Assembly: GCA_958452935.1 (NCBI GenBank)
Contig: CAUDVX010000003.1
Coordinates: forward strand, 5,387 to 69,386
Source: an uncultured Collinsella sp.
Lineage (GTDB): Bacteria > Actinomycetota > Coriobacteriia > Coriobacteriales > Coriobacteriaceae
Direction of reading: 5' to 3'
DNA length: 64,000 bases
Part shown: positions 47,366 to 57,673 of the stretch, in pieces
Position numbering within the stretch: position 1 is the stretch's first letter
Layout of the letters: each line of letters starts with the position of its first letter
Notes under the pieces: model-generated
The model's database searches: none
Seen by the model: the letters and a program-made list of their open reading frames with translations, nothing else
What the model was told of the DNA's origin: nothing
Position numbers and translations under genes: made by a program

Positions 47366-49363
47366 CTACTGCAGGTCCAGCTGGTCCAGGTATTCCTTGC
47401 CGTGCTCGGAGATATGGCGCTTGCGGCCCGCCTCGTCGTTGCCCAGCAACAGGTTGAACATGGTCTCCATCTTGGTGACGTCCTCGGGCTCCACCTTGAT
47501 CAGGCGGCGCGTCTCGGGGTTCATGGTGGTGAGCCACATCATGTCCGGATCGTTCTCACCAAGACCCTTTGAGCGGTTGATGGAGCACTTTTGGTCGCCG
47601 ATTTCCTTGAGGATGCCGTTCTTCTCGAGCTCGGTGTAGGCAAAGTAGGTCTTCTCTTTGCAGTTGATCTCGTAGAGCGGCGACTCGGCGATATACACGT
47701 AGCCCTCGTCGATAAGCGTGGGCACCAGGCGATAGAGCATGGTGAGCACGAGCGTGCGGATGTGATAACCGTCGACGTCGGCGTCCGTACAGATGATGAC
47801 CTTGTTCCAGTTGAGGTTGTCCAGGTCAAAGGCGCCAAGGTTCTTGATGCGCTTGTCCTTGATCTCCACACCGCAGCCCAGTACGCGCATGAGGTCCATG
47901 ATGATGTCGGACTTAAAGATGCGCGGATAATCCTCCTTCAGGCAGTTGAGGATCTTACCGCGGACGGGTATAACGCCCTGGAACTCGGCATCGCGCGACG
48001 TGCGAATGGCGCCTGCTGCCGAGTCGCCCTCTACGATGTAGATCTCGCGACGGGTCTTGTCCTTGGAGCGGCAGTCGATGAATTTCTGCACGCGGTTGGC
48101 CATGTCGGTCTTCTGCTGCAGGTTGGTCTTGATGCTCTGGCGCGTCTTCTCGGCATTCTCGCGCGAGCGCTTGTTGATGAGCACCTGCTCCATGATCTTA
48201 TTGGCGGCGTCCTTGTTCTCGATCAAGTAGGTCGAGAGGCGCTCCTTAAAGAAGGCCGTCATGGCCTGCTGGATAAAGCGGTTATTGATGGCTTTCTTGG
48301 TCTGGTTTTCGTAGGACGTCTGAGTGGAGAAGCAGTTGGTCACCAGTACCAGGCAGTCCTGGACGTCCTGCCACTTAATGCCGCTCTCATTTTTGTTGTA
48401 TTTGCCCTGTTGCTTGATGTAGGCATCGATGGCGCTGGTCAGAGCGCTACGGGCAGCCTTTTCGGGCGAACCGCCGTTCTCGAGCCACGATGAGTTGTGG
48501 TAGTACTCCTGCATCATGAAAGTGCGCGAGAAGCACATGCACGCGGTGATTTTTACGTTGTAGTCGGGCAGGTCCTCGCGGTCGCGACCGCGACGGTCGG
48601 CCTCGATAAAGAAGGGCTCGGTAAGGTAGTCGGTACCGACCTTCTCGAGCACATAGTCCTCGATGCCCTTGGGATAGCAAAAATCCTCTTCGGAAAACTC
48701 GCCATCGTCGCCCTCGATACGCAGGCGGAAGGTCACGTTGGCGTTGACCACGGCCTGACGGCGCATGGTCTCGCGATACCAATCGTGGGGAATACTAATC
48801 GAGGTAAAGACCTCAAGATCGGGACGCCACTTGATAGTGGTGCCGGTGCGGTTCTCGTCGCTAGGCTCAATCTCGAGTGCCTTCTTTTTGGCGCCGACGA
48901 CCTTGCCCTTCTTAAAGTGTAAGGAGTACTTGTTGCCGTCACGCCAGACGGTGACGTTCATGTACTCGGAAGCGTACTGGGTCGCGCACGAGCCCAGGCC
49001 GTTGGTGCCGAGCGAGAAGTCGTAGTCGCCGCCCTGGTTGTTATTGTATTTGCCGCCGGCGTAGAGCTCACAAAAGACGAGCTCCCAGTTAAAGCGCTTC
49101 TCGGAAGGGTTCCAGTCGAGCGGGCAGCCACGGCCATTGTCCTCTACCTGAATGGAGCCATCGAGAAAGGCGGTAAGGGTGATGAGCTTGCCGTAGCCCT
49201 GGCGCGCCTCGTCAACGGCGTTGGACAGAATCTCGAAGGCAGCGTGTGCACAGCCATCGAGTCCGTCCGAGCCAAAGATAACGGCAGGGCGCAGGCGTAC
49301 GCGCTCCTCGTCCTTGAGCTGGCGGATACTGTCGTTACCATAGTTTGCGGTGTTTTTTGCCAT
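47366..49363 (-). CDS. Type IIA topoisomerase subunit B (GyrB/ParE-like, divergent)
   Basis: EILSNAVDE, DNGRG, IVEGDSA, PVRGKILN, TDADVDG, KGLGEN. Confidence 0.9.
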   Translation of the reverse strand: MAKNTANYGNDSIRQLKDEERVRLRPAVIFGSDGLDGCAHAAFEILSNAVDEARQGYGKLITLTAFLDGSIQVEDNGRGCPLDWNPSEKRFNWELVFCELYAGGKYNNNQGGDYDFSLGTNGLGSCATQYASEYMNVTVWRDGNKYSLHFKKGKVVGAKKKALEIEPSDENRTGTTIKWRPDLEVFTSISIPHDWYRETMRRQAVVNANVTFRLRIEGDDGEFSEEDFCYPKGIEDYVLEKVGTDYLTEPFFIEADRRGRDREDLPDYNVKITACMCFSRTFMMQEYYHNSSWLENGGSPEKAARSALTSAIDAYIKQQGKYNKNESGIKWQDVQDCLVLVTNCFSTQTSYENQTKKAINNRFIQQAMTAFFKERLSTYLIENKDAANKIMEQVLINKRSRENAEKTRQSIKTNLQQKTDMANRVQKFIDCRSKDKTRREIYIVEGDSAAGAIRTSRDAEFQGVIPVRGKILNCLKEDYPRIFKSDIIMDLMRVLGCGVEIKDKRIKNLGAFDLDNLNWNKVIICTDADVDGYHIRTLVLTMLYRLVPTLIDEGYVYIAESPLYEINCKEKTYFAYTELEKNGILKEIGDQKCSINRSKGLGENDPDMMWLTTMNPETRRLIKVEPEDVTKMETMFNLLLGNDEAGRKRHISEHGKEYLDQLDLQ

Positions 49364-49520
49364 ACTCGCTCTCTCGGTGCTCCCTTGCTGCGTTTAAGTC
49401 ATATAGATAGTCAAGGTAGCATAGCCCAGCCCACAGACGATTCCAACCAACACGAAATCCATCGAACAATCGTTCGATTAGATAATGAATGCTTGGAATG
49501 CGGGAGGGGCCTGTCCTGCC

Positions 49521-50903
49521 CTATCCAAACATCTGCGGTAGGTCGATGAAGACGGTTCGATCGCTTTCGCCAGCTTCGAAGCCCGAACGGGAGAAGAATC
49601 CATAGCGATGGCACTTGAGCCCCGTTGCCTCGACTTGGGCGATTTCCTCGTCGACCATTTTTTGCGTGATGGGGGATTTGCGGAACTTTGCTTCGTAGAA
49701 TGCGTAGCCCTCGGGGTCTTGCGTTACCACATCGAATTCGCCGCTCGTTTTGTTTGCGGGATCGTCGTACCAGTACTTGCCTATGGCGTCGAAAGCCGGT
49801 TCGATCTTGCCGGTCCTGTTCTGCCGCACGAGGTATTGACGGCAGATCTCCTCGAACATATGAGGAACGTAGTTTTCCTCGAAGTCTTGGAAGACGTGAC
49901 GATCATAGAAGACTTCCGGGTCGAGCAGCTGACGCGCTGAGGCATTGCGGAAAACATAGCGATAGTAAAAGAGCGAAAGCGGATCCACTACAAAGTAGCC
50001 GGACTTGCGCTTGTTCGTAGGGTCGTTGATGGGTGCACGCTTTTGGACGATTTCGAGTGACATGAGCTTGTCGAGCACGTCTGCCATGGCCGGACCGCTC
50101 GAGACGTGCGACTGTGCCAGCACGTCCCCCCAACGGGAGTAACCTTGTGCGAGAGCCCCGAAAACTTCGTTGGCGTTGGTCATCTTCGAGATCTCGGCGT
50201 TGAGATAGGACGGCACCTCGCTTTCTAAGCGGGCGCCAGGTTCCGTGACGAGCTCGATGATGTTGTCGCGTACGCTTTGGGATTGATCGATGAGGCGATT
50301 GTAAAAGGGGATGCCGCCAAAAACGCTATAGAGCCGCACCTTGTCCTCGGGCGAGAACGCGGGATAGAACTTCGCAGCGTCAAAGTAATCCATGGGTTTA
50401 AGCTCAAGCGCGAGATCAATTCGCCCGTAGAGGGGGCTTTCATGCTCGATGAGGGATTTCATAATCTCAACGTAGGAGCCGCACAGGACAATGTTTAAAC
50501 GTGAGTCTTCCCTGTGAGCGTCGATTGAGGTCTGAAGAATGCTGTCTAAGCCTTTAACCGCATCTCTCAAGTAGGGGTATTCGTCGAGAACGAGGGTAAT
50601 GTTCTTGTCTTTGGCTTGGGCAAACAGAAATTCGATGAGCTCGCGGATGCCTGTGAAGGCGAGCGGAGGAAAGCTCAGCGCTTCAGCAACAAGGACGGAC
50701 AGACTCTCGAGGTTGTCTGCCTCGGAGGTTTGGCGGCACTCGTAATAGACCGTTGCGACGTCTGACAAATCCGTTAGCGCCTGCTTGATGAGCTCACTTT
50801 TTCCGACGCGACGCCTGCCGTAAATGAGAACATTGCGCTGCTCGGGTGCTTTGAGCGTTTTCTTAATACGGGCGAGTTCACGCTCCCTGCCAATGAATTC
50901 CAC
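49521..50903 (-). CDS. ATPase_2 (archaeal-type ATPase) with DUF234 nuclease-like C-terminus
   Basis: FIGREREL, YGRRRVGKS, LDEYPYL, GGIPFY, FEEICRQ, GKYW, EFDVV...YEAKF. Confidence 0.85.
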   Translation of the reverse strand: MEFIGRERELARIKKTLKAPEQRNVLIYGRRRVGKSELIKQALTDLSDVATVYYECRQTSEADNLESLSVLVAEALSFPPLAFTGIRELIEFLFAQAKDKNITLVLDEYPYLRDAVKGLDSILQTSIDAHREDSRLNIVLCGSYVEIMKSLIEHESPLYGRIDLALELKPMDYFDAAKFYPAFSPEDKVRLYSVFGGIPFYNRLIDQSQSVRDNIIELVTEPGARLESEVPSYLNAEISKMTNANEVFGALAQGYSRWGDVLAQSHVSSGPAMADVLDKLMSLEIVQKRAPINDPTNKRKSGYFVVDPLSLFYYRYVFRNASARQLLDPEVFYDRHVFQDFEENYVPHMFEEICRQYLVRQNRTGKIEPAFDAIGKYWYDDPANKTSGEFDVVTQDPEGYAFYEAKFRKSPITQKMVDEEIAQVEATGLKCHRYGFFSRSGFEAGESDRTVFIDLPQMFG

Positions 50904-51010
50904 TTACTCGGTTCCTTCCGACTCGGTTTTGTCCGAGTTAATTGTATCGCATGAATCAGATTATGCTCGAGATTACTCGGACAAAACCGAGTCGGTTCTG
51001 TCCGAGTAAG
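50903..51010. promoter_or_regulatory. 36-bp-arm inverted repeat built from four TCGG-N6-CCGA dyads flanking a promoter-like spacer
   Basis: Arms 50903-50938 and 50975-51010, inner 21 bp perfectly complementary; the left arm overlaps the ATPase RBS. Confidence 0.7.
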
Positions 51011-51159
51011 TTTGAATAGTGAACCGAAGTTGTAATGTCCGCATGGCGATGACGAATATGGTTTTCATAATGACAGATATAGTTGACATTGTCTGATATA
51101 TGCAATATATTTCTGTCATGCTGCAACGGATATCTGTCCATTACTACGAAAGGAACTCC

Positions 51160-51390
51160 ATGCCGGGCAAAAAGAACCTACGCATGAAGGCGGCGCGCGC
51201 GGCGGTTGGCCTTTCGCAAGCTGACTTGGCCGAGGCCGTGGGCGTTACGCGCCAGACCATCGGCCTGATCGAGGCGGGCGGCTACAACCCCACGCTCAAT
51301 TTGTGCGTGGCGATCTGCAAAGCGCTACGCGTTACGTTGAACGATCTGTTTTGGGAAGACGGGATCGACGTCGACCCTAACGCTCTTTAG
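51160..51390 (+). CDS. Xre-family HTH regulator
   Basis: LSQADLAEAVGVTRQTIGLIEAGGYNPTL. Confidence 0.9.
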   Translation: MPGKKNLRMKAARAAVGLSQADLAEAVGVTRQTIGLIEAGGYNPTLNLCVAICKALRVTLNDLFWEDGIDVDPNAL

Positions 51391-51399
51391 GAGTTCGCT

Positions 51400-51984
51400 A
51401 TGAAATTTGAAGATTTAAAACTCGTGCAAAAGTGGCGTGAATATGCCGGCCCAAAGGATGAGCGCCTGGAGGCTGAGAGCGCGAAGATCTACAAGATTGG
51501 TTTCGTGCTGCTTTCGTTTGGCATGTTGATGATATTTTTCTACCAGTTTATAGCTCGACAGGTTGCGTGGGTTCACAGCGACGCCAGTGAAATGCCGCAT
51601 GGCTTTGCAACGCCGTTCGAGGCAGCCATCTATTTGTGGCTCGTTCTTGTGATGTTGATTTGCGCAGGACTGCAAACGCGGAAGGGCTATGTCGATACCA
51701 ATCGTTTTGGGCAAACCGAGCATCTTCCTGTTGGATATTTCCTGCTTATCAGTGGTCTTAGCGGCGCCGCGTTCGCGCTTGTTATTGCCGCAATGCGCTG
51801 TATCGCTGAGGCGCAGATCGTACCGCTCGAAAGCGTCTTTTGGTTGGCGAACCTGGCCACGGGCGTATTCTGCGGTGCGACGATTTTCGCGGCCACGTTT
51901 GCTGTCCTGTGCGCAACGTTTTTCACGGCGAAAAGACGTCGTGCCAAGCTCGAGGCAGAACTCGACTCCTCAGACGACATTTAA
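51400..51984 (+). CDS. DUF6773-like membrane protein
   Basis: KDERL motif followed by 4 TM helices; co-transcribed with the Xre gene. Confidence 0.65.
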   Translation: MKFEDLKLVQKWREYAGPKDERLEAESAKIYKIGFVLLSFGMLMIFFYQFIARQVAWVHSDASEMPHGFATPFEAAIYLWLVLVMLICAGLQTRKGYVDTNRFGQTEHLPVGYFLLISGLSGAAFALVIAAMRCIAEAQIVPLESVFWLANLATGVFCGATIFAATFAVLCATFFTAKRRRAKLEAELDSSDDI

Positions 51985-52076
51985 TGCGTAATGGGCCGGC
52001 TCTGGGTATCCAGAACCAGCCCTTTTTTGATGTTCGATGAGCCGAGTCGGCGTCTCTCGCAAAGGTAATTTAGGAG

Positions 52077-55000
52077 CTAGCGAGGCCTATCCGAATTGAT
52101 CTCATCGGCGGTGTCGTTTTCGAGCGCCGTGCGGCGGGCGCTGTAGGCGACAAGGCCGGCGCCTGCCGCGGCGAGTGCTGCAGCGGCTGCCATGAGGGGA
52201 GCGTTGACATCGCTCGTGCCCGCAAGCACGCCCGCTTTTCCGGAATGCTTGTTATTGCCGTGATCCTTGCTGCTGCCAGAGCCACTGCCGCCACCGGAGC
52301 TGCTTCCGCCGGAGCCACCTCCACTCGTGCCGCCATCGCCGTCGACCGTCATCGGGGCGTCGTGAAGCCCCGTCGTATCCGCGCTGTCGCATACGCCGAC
52401 CTGAACTTCTGAGCGTTCGCATGCCGCGTCGGGCACATGAAGCTCGTGCAGTACGGCACCCAGCGCTGAGTTTGCGCCCGGTCGAATTTCCTCGAGCGTT
52501 ACGGGATCGAGCGCCACCAGATTACGCGCCTTCGCATACAGCGTTACGCGTTTGCCCACTTCGTCGCTCCAACTCTCGGGGATGGCGAAGCTCATGCGGA
52601 ACTGTGCCGTGCAACCCGGTGCCAGCACGGCGTTGCCGTTGTCGGCTACCAGCGGGTGCGTTGCAAAACGTGTGCCCAGCGTCTCGAGCGCGTACTTTAC
52701 GTGTGCCATATCGTTGGCCGAAGCGTCCTCGGCAAGCTCTGGATCGTAGATCGAAGCCATGCGTGCGTTCACGCCGAACCCGATGGATGCGCTGGAGAAC
52801 GGCTGGCTGGAGCCCTCTCGGTACAGATCGATCGTGCCGGCGGTCAGCAAGGTGTTGCCGTCGTTTCGCACCGTGACCATGAAGGATTCGCCTGCTGCTC
52901 CGGGCACCACCGCGCCCGAGGTAGCGATCGCGCCCATCGGAGTGGCACACGCCACCAAGGGAACTTCGATGCCGTGCAGATTTGCCTCGCTCTTCTCCGC
53001 GCTCACAATGTGCGTGGCGAGCGCGGAGAGCATGCCTCCCGACGTCAAAAATGTCGTTATCTGATCGACGGGATGGTCCAGCTCGCACATCACGAACGGC
53101 TCCGTGAACAGATCGCCTGCCAAGGTGCTGGCGAAGATGCGGAAGTGCTTGCCCATCACTGCTACCGGGTTGCCTTCTTCGTCGTAGGTTTGTCCCACCT
53201 TGCCATCGGTGTTCTCTACATAGAGCACGCACCTGCCGTTGTTGCTTACGCTAAACGATGCCGGGCCACAGCCTGCGGCACCCACGGGCTGCGTTGCAAA
53301 TGCCGATGCGCCTCGCGTCCAAATAATATGCTGCAATTGCTCGTTGACGGTTGCCAAAAAGCCCGAATGTTGTGGCCACGGCACCGCACGGGGTACCGTG
53401 GCGTCTGGTGACATAACGCCCCAGCCCGCAATGGACTGGCCGATCACGGCGTACGATGCGCAGCCGCAACCGTCTGCGGTCTCGTACGCAACGGGCACCA
53501 CCATTTTGCCGTTGATATTCTCGGGCTCGCCCAGCTCGATGCTCGACGGTGCTTGCGGAAAGCGGAGAACTTGGCGGAACGTCAGGCTGTCGCCCAAATC
53601 ATCTGACCACAGGGTAAAGCACTCGAGCGCGACCTCTGCCTCGCTGCCGAGCGCCTTTTCTGCGGTGGTTCCGCGGCGGTGGAGGTAGGCACCCGACAGG
53701 CGCCCGTCGACTAGCGTCTTGCCCACCGTAATGCGTGGGCACTGCAGGCAATGGTAGCCATCCTCTTGCAGGCGGCCGCGCGAGATGCTGCGCCACGACG
53801 TGTGCGATATCACGCGAACTCCGTCATTACTTATACGCAGGCGCACAACGGACAGTATGCCGGATGTGCTCGCCGTATCGAAAAGGGTGTTGTCGCCGGC
53901 GGGGCGCTCGCCCGAGACCAGCAGCACGTAGGCGTCTTGGTTTCCCCTCCCGTCTGTATATTCCACCACGTCGAAGTCGTAATCGAATATGCCGCTGCGC
54001 TCCACGTCGCCCTCGCCAAACCCAAGGGGGAAGTCCACGGGCATGGGGGCGGACCACGTGCCGTTTGCCTTTGTGTGCACCACCAGGCGCGAGCGGCCAT
54101 TGTCGCCGTAGCGCACCGAGGCGATACGGAACAGGCATTCTACGCCGGCGATCATTGCCAGCTTCATGTGAGCTTCGCTGAGCACGCCGGAAAACAGCAC
54201 GTTGTCGCTCGAGGGCTTGATGCCGCCACGCTCGTCCTCCGATACACCAGCAGAATTGGCGTTGGGGTCCGCAGCGGCGTCCTTCGCCTGCCCGATATAG
54301 GTGTACTTATACATCGTCGCGGCGTTTTCGTCGTTCTCTATCAGTGCATGGACGAAATGCTCGATCTGTCCCGTGTCGTCGCTTTCTGCATCCGCCTCGA
54401 GCTCAATGCGCGTGACCGCTTGATCCCAATCGCGCACGACGGGCGCGACGTTTACGACAGCGGCCTTAACCTCGGCGCGTGCGAGCAGCTCGGCGTTGGT
54501 GACGATGGTGGCCGATGCGATAAATTGCGGCACGCCGCCCGCCTCGATGTTGCCGGGCATGCCGAAGCGGGCATCCAACGTGTAAGGCGTATCTCCACCC
54601 AATGCGAGCTCAGAGCGCTGGAGCACATACTGGTCGCCATTGTTCACCGACATATTCCACGAATCGAGGAGTGTGGGCCACGACCCCGACCAAGCCTTGG
54701 TGGTCCACTTGAACATTACGAACTGGAGTATCACATCGACATCGACGTCTGCACCCACGCGCAGCCGCGGAAGCTGGTGCCCGTCCGCCTTCTCGTACCC
54801 AATGAACAGGGTGAGAGATGCGGCGCCACGCACGGCAGACGAAGCGACGCCTGCAACGCCGGCGCCAAAGGTGACGGCAAGCCCGATCTGGATAGTGAAT
54901 GAGCCCGACGTGTTGGAATAGTCGAGCGAAATGTTTTTAAAAAACGCCGCGCCGCTGCCGTGCGTGTGGGCGCCCACGGCGAGCGCCAGTTTTGCCAGCA

Positions 55001-56444
55001 CCCAGGGGTTGACGTTTAGGAAAAACGGCACCGGTCCCAAGGTGAACTGTTCGGTCCAGTTGAGGTCGGTTCTTACCTGGAAGAGGGCCTTAATATTGCC
55101 GTATGCGGGGTCGTTGTTGTTACCCCAGGTTTTGCCCACCCAATCGTAGGCGAGCGAGCCGTACAGCTGTGTGGCGATATCCATCGTGAACAGCAGCGTG
55201 CAATGGTGGCGAAGCAGCTTGGTGTTCCTTGGATCGGTGCCCGAACCGGCACTCATACTCTTGTACTGATTCCACTTCCCCTCCATTTCGTCGAGGTAGC
55301 GGTTTGCCTGCTTGGCACCCGACTCACGCGGTGACTTCTTCCAGTACTCCGGATCCGGATTGCCCGAATCGTTTATGTAACCGACCGGTTTGTATCCTCC
55401 GCCAAACAGCACGTATCCGGCAAACGAGAAATCGAACAGAATGGGGAACGCGGGCATCCAGCAGGTGAACTTGTTGCCGCCAATGCCGGGAAACGCCGCT
55501 GGGAAATCAAACGGGGTGATCTCTTGGTCCATGGTGGTGGGAATGATGGTGGTCGAGCCCGATTCTGCCTTTGCAGCCGGCGCGGTGACAACGGCCATGG
55601 GGGAGGAGAGTGTATAGGTCTTGCCCTGGTAGTCGAGCACAAAGCGCAGCTTGCATCCTTCTTCCAGAAGGCCCGACGCTGCATCGAGGAACGTGTCTTC
55701 GAGCGTGAACGTCGCCAGATAATCCGCGCCCGATGCGCTGGCCTTGACTTGGCCAATCTGCGTGACGGTTTCGGGTGAGCTGCCCGCGGCAGGCGTCACC
55801 TTGTTGATGCGCAGCGTTGCCTGTCCACCCTGTGGCAGATGTGCCTGCACGGTAAAGGCGTGCGTATCGGGCTGGTCGTTTGCTGCTTCGTCCGCTGGCA
55901 TTGCCATAAACGTGGCATCGGCGTACTGGATGTCCCATTCGTCAAACGTGAGCTGTCGAAAGTACGGCTCGCCGTCGGAAAGCGGACGCGTGGGCGCGGT
56001 TATGGCGGTGCCGCCCTGGATACGCGCAAGGGGAATCTCGACATCGCGGTAGCCTGCCATGCTAATGGAGATGCCGCCGTTAAAGTCGTACGCGTCGAGA
56101 AGCGTCGCCTCGTCCACGTAGCCTTCCGAAAGCGGTGCGATCTCAAAGATGGCGGTGCCTTCGTCATCGGTCATGGTGGCGAGCTGCTTGCCTGCGGCAT
56201 AGCGCGATGTGAGCGTGACCTGGGCGCCTGCGATAGGCGTATTCTTGTTGGCGACGTCGACCACGACCACACCAAACATGGTGCGCGAGAGAACGAGCAC
56301 CCTGAAAGGGTCTTTTTCGTCGGCATAGGCTTCGGTGGGGATGAATGGCAGCATGAAGGCGTTTGCGCTGCCCGGCACGCGAGGCAGCATGATGCCTGCC
56401 AGCGAGGATGCTCCGGCGATAAGTAACGAACGGCGATCAAGCAT
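52077..56444 (-). CDS. Large cell-surface protein with Tat-like signal and sortase-type C-terminal anchor
   Basis: MLDRRSLLIAG...ANA; Gly/Ser linker, LAGTSD, hydrophobic helix, SARR tail. Confidence 0.75.
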   Translation of the reverse strand: MLDRRSLLIAGASSLAGIMLPRVPGSANAFMLPFIPTEAYADEKDPFRVLVLSRTMFGVVVVDVANKNTPIAGAQVTLTSRYAAGKQLATMTDDEGTAIFEIAPLSEGYVDEATLLDAYDFNGGISISMAGYRDVEIPLARIQGGTAITAPTRPLSDGEPYFRQLTFDEWDIQYADATFMAMPADEAANDQPDTHAFTVQAHLPQGGQATLRINKVTPAAGSSPETVTQIGQVKASASGADYLATFTLEDTFLDAASGLLEEGCKLRFVLDYQGKTYTLSSPMAVVTAPAAKAESGSTTIIPTTMDQEITPFDFPAAFPGIGGNKFTCWMPAFPILFDFSFAGYVLFGGGYKPVGYINDSGNPDPEYWKKSPRESGAKQANRYLDEMEGKWNQYKSMSAGSGTDPRNTKLLRHHCTLLFTMDIATQLYGSLAYDWVGKTWGNNNDPAYGNIKALFQVRTDLNWTEQFTLGPVPFFLNVNPWVLAKLALAVGAHTHGSGAAFFKNISLDYSNTSGSFTIQIGLAVTFGAGVAGVASSAVRGAASLTLFIGYEKADGHQLPRLRVGADVDVDVILQFVMFKWTTKAWSGSWPTLLDSWNMSVNNGDQYVLQRSELALGGDTPYTLDARFGMPGNIEAGGVPQFIASATIVTNAELLARAEVKAAVVNVAPVVRDWDQAVTRIELEADAESDDTGQIEHFVHALIENDENAATMYKYTYIGQAKDAAADPNANSAGVSEDERGGIKPSSDNVLFSGVLSEAHMKLAMIAGVECLFRIASVRYGDNGRSRLVVHTKANGTWSAPMPVDFPLGFGEGDVERSGIFDYDFDVVEYTDGRGNQDAYVLLVSGERPAGDNTLFDTASTSGILSVVRLRISNDGVRVISHTSWRSISRGRLQEDGYHCLQCPRITVGKTLVDGRLSGAYLHRRGTTAEKALGSEAEVALECFTLWSDDLGDSLTFRQVLRFPQAPSSIELGEPENINGKMVVPVAYETADGCGCASYAVIGQSIAGWGVMSPDATVPRAVPWPQHSGFLATVNEQLQHIIWTRGASAFATQPVGAAGCGPASFSVSNNGRCVLYVENTDGKVGQTYDEEGNPVAVMGKHFRIFASTLAGDLFTEPFVMCELDHPVDQITTFLTSGGMLSALATHIVSAEKSEANLHGIEVPLVACATPMGAIATSGAVVPGAAGESFMVTVRNDGNTLLTAGTIDLYREGSSQPFSSASIGFGVNARMASIYDPELAEDASANDMAHVKYALETLGTRFATHPLVADNGNAVLAPGCTAQFRMSFAIPESWSDEVGKRVTLYAKARNLVALDPVTLEEIRPGANSALGAVLHELHVPDAACERSEVQVGVCDSADTTGLHDAPMTVDGDGGTSGGGSGGSSSGGGSGSGSSKDHGNNKHSGKAGVLAGTSDVNAPLMAAAAALAAAGAGLVAYSARRTALENDTADEINSDRPR

Positions 56445-56601
56445 TTTGGGCTCCCATCCCGCAAATATCGGAGGAAATAATCCAATTTTGCGAGAAGGTG
56501 CCCCGTGGCGGTAGTGCCGTTCGATGGCCAAAATGTCCAATTTGAGTGCGCGAAAGTGTCAGGCCCCCGGAGCGCTTTCGATACGCCGGGCAGTTTGGCC
56601 G

Positions 56602-57606
56602 CTAGCGCAACATGTGGGCAATCAGCTCGGCGCGAGTTCCGATACCAAGCTTGGCATACACTCCTGATAGGCGGTTTTTAACGGTGCCCGGCGATACTCC
56701 CATGTGGCGTGCAATTTCGGCGTTGGTCCATCCGCGGCAGGCGAGCATGGCCATGGTGAACTCCGTGGTCGTTAAATCGTCGGCCACGTCCTCGCCCGAA
56801 TCGGGATTGTGGATGCGCCGCCAGCCGTAGCTGAAGCGGTACGTGATCTCGATGATGCGAGCGAAATCGTCGGGGTATTGCGATTTTAAGCACGCCTCGA
56901 TAAGCCCCTGCAAAAGGCCGTGGTGCTCGCCGATGAGTTCGATAAGGCCGTCGGGACGCGCAATGTTCCAAGCGGTTCCGAAGTGTGCCTTTGCGGTGTC
57001 GATATCCTTGAGGCTCATGCATGCCATGGAAGCCGACAGGTGCAGGAACAGCTCCGAGATGGGATAGCTTCCCTGTTTCATGATCAGGGCGTTTTCCGCC
57101 ATGCCCAGACAGCGGCCATATTCGCCGCGCAGGTACAGGGCATGCGCCATTACGTAGCTGGCGAACAGGCGCAGGCCTTCGGGCAGATGCGCCGCAAGCG
57201 GATAAAACTCTTCGGCGGAATACGGGGAAGGCAAGTGCAGCAGGACGCTCGCGGCGGAGGCGAACAGGATATGCGTGGCGTGGACGGCGGGCGATTCCTC
57301 GTCAGTTGGCGTATCGAGGATGCCAGCAAGGCAACGGCGGGCATCGGCGATACGGTTGAGCGACAGACTGGCGTATCCGCAGATAAGGCATGCGGAATAG
57401 CGCAGCGCGGGATCGGTGGCGTCAAGATAGGGGCGCGCCGTCTTGGCGGCGAGGGTGGCCTGTCCGCGAAAGTACAGCGCTTCTGCCGTGGCAATGGCGT
57501 GCGAATCGGGGTCGGAAATGCCTGCAACCGCAGCGTCAATCTGCCCCGGCACAAAGGCAGTGCACATCAACGGCATGGGAATGCGCGGGTAGCCATCGCA
57601 GTCCAT
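56602..57606 (-). CDS. LuxR-type C-terminal HTH regulator
   Basis: LTTTEFTMAMLACRGWTNAEIARHMGVSPGTVKNRLSGVYAKLGI; start uncertain. Confidence 0.82.
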   Translation of the reverse strand: MDCDGYPRIPMPLMCTAFVPGQIDAAVAGISDPDSHAIATAEALYFRGQATLAAKTARPYLDATDPALRYSACLICGYASLSLNRIADARRCLAGILDTPTDEESPAVHATHILFASAASVLLHLPSPYSAEEFYPLAAHLPEGLRLFASYVMAHALYLRGEYGRCLGMAENALIMKQGSYPISELFLHLSASMACMSLKDIDTAKAHFGTAWNIARPDGLIELIGEHHGLLQGLIEACLKSQYPDDFARIIEITYRFSYGWRRIHNPDSGEDVADDLTTTEFTMAMLACRGWTNAEIARHMGVSPGTVKNRLSGVYAKLGIGTRAELIAHMLR

Positions 57607-57673
57607 CTTCCATCTCCCATCAGGTGGCAACAATGCAGCAATTGTACTCCTGTTGCTCGGGACCCCTTTCGTT

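Noticed and set aside
45065..47572. 835-aa plus-strand ORF and similar long antisense ORFs (e.g. 23812-25164, 62307-63776)
   Set aside because: Antisense shadows of well-supported genes in high-GC DNA, with no recognisable motifs.
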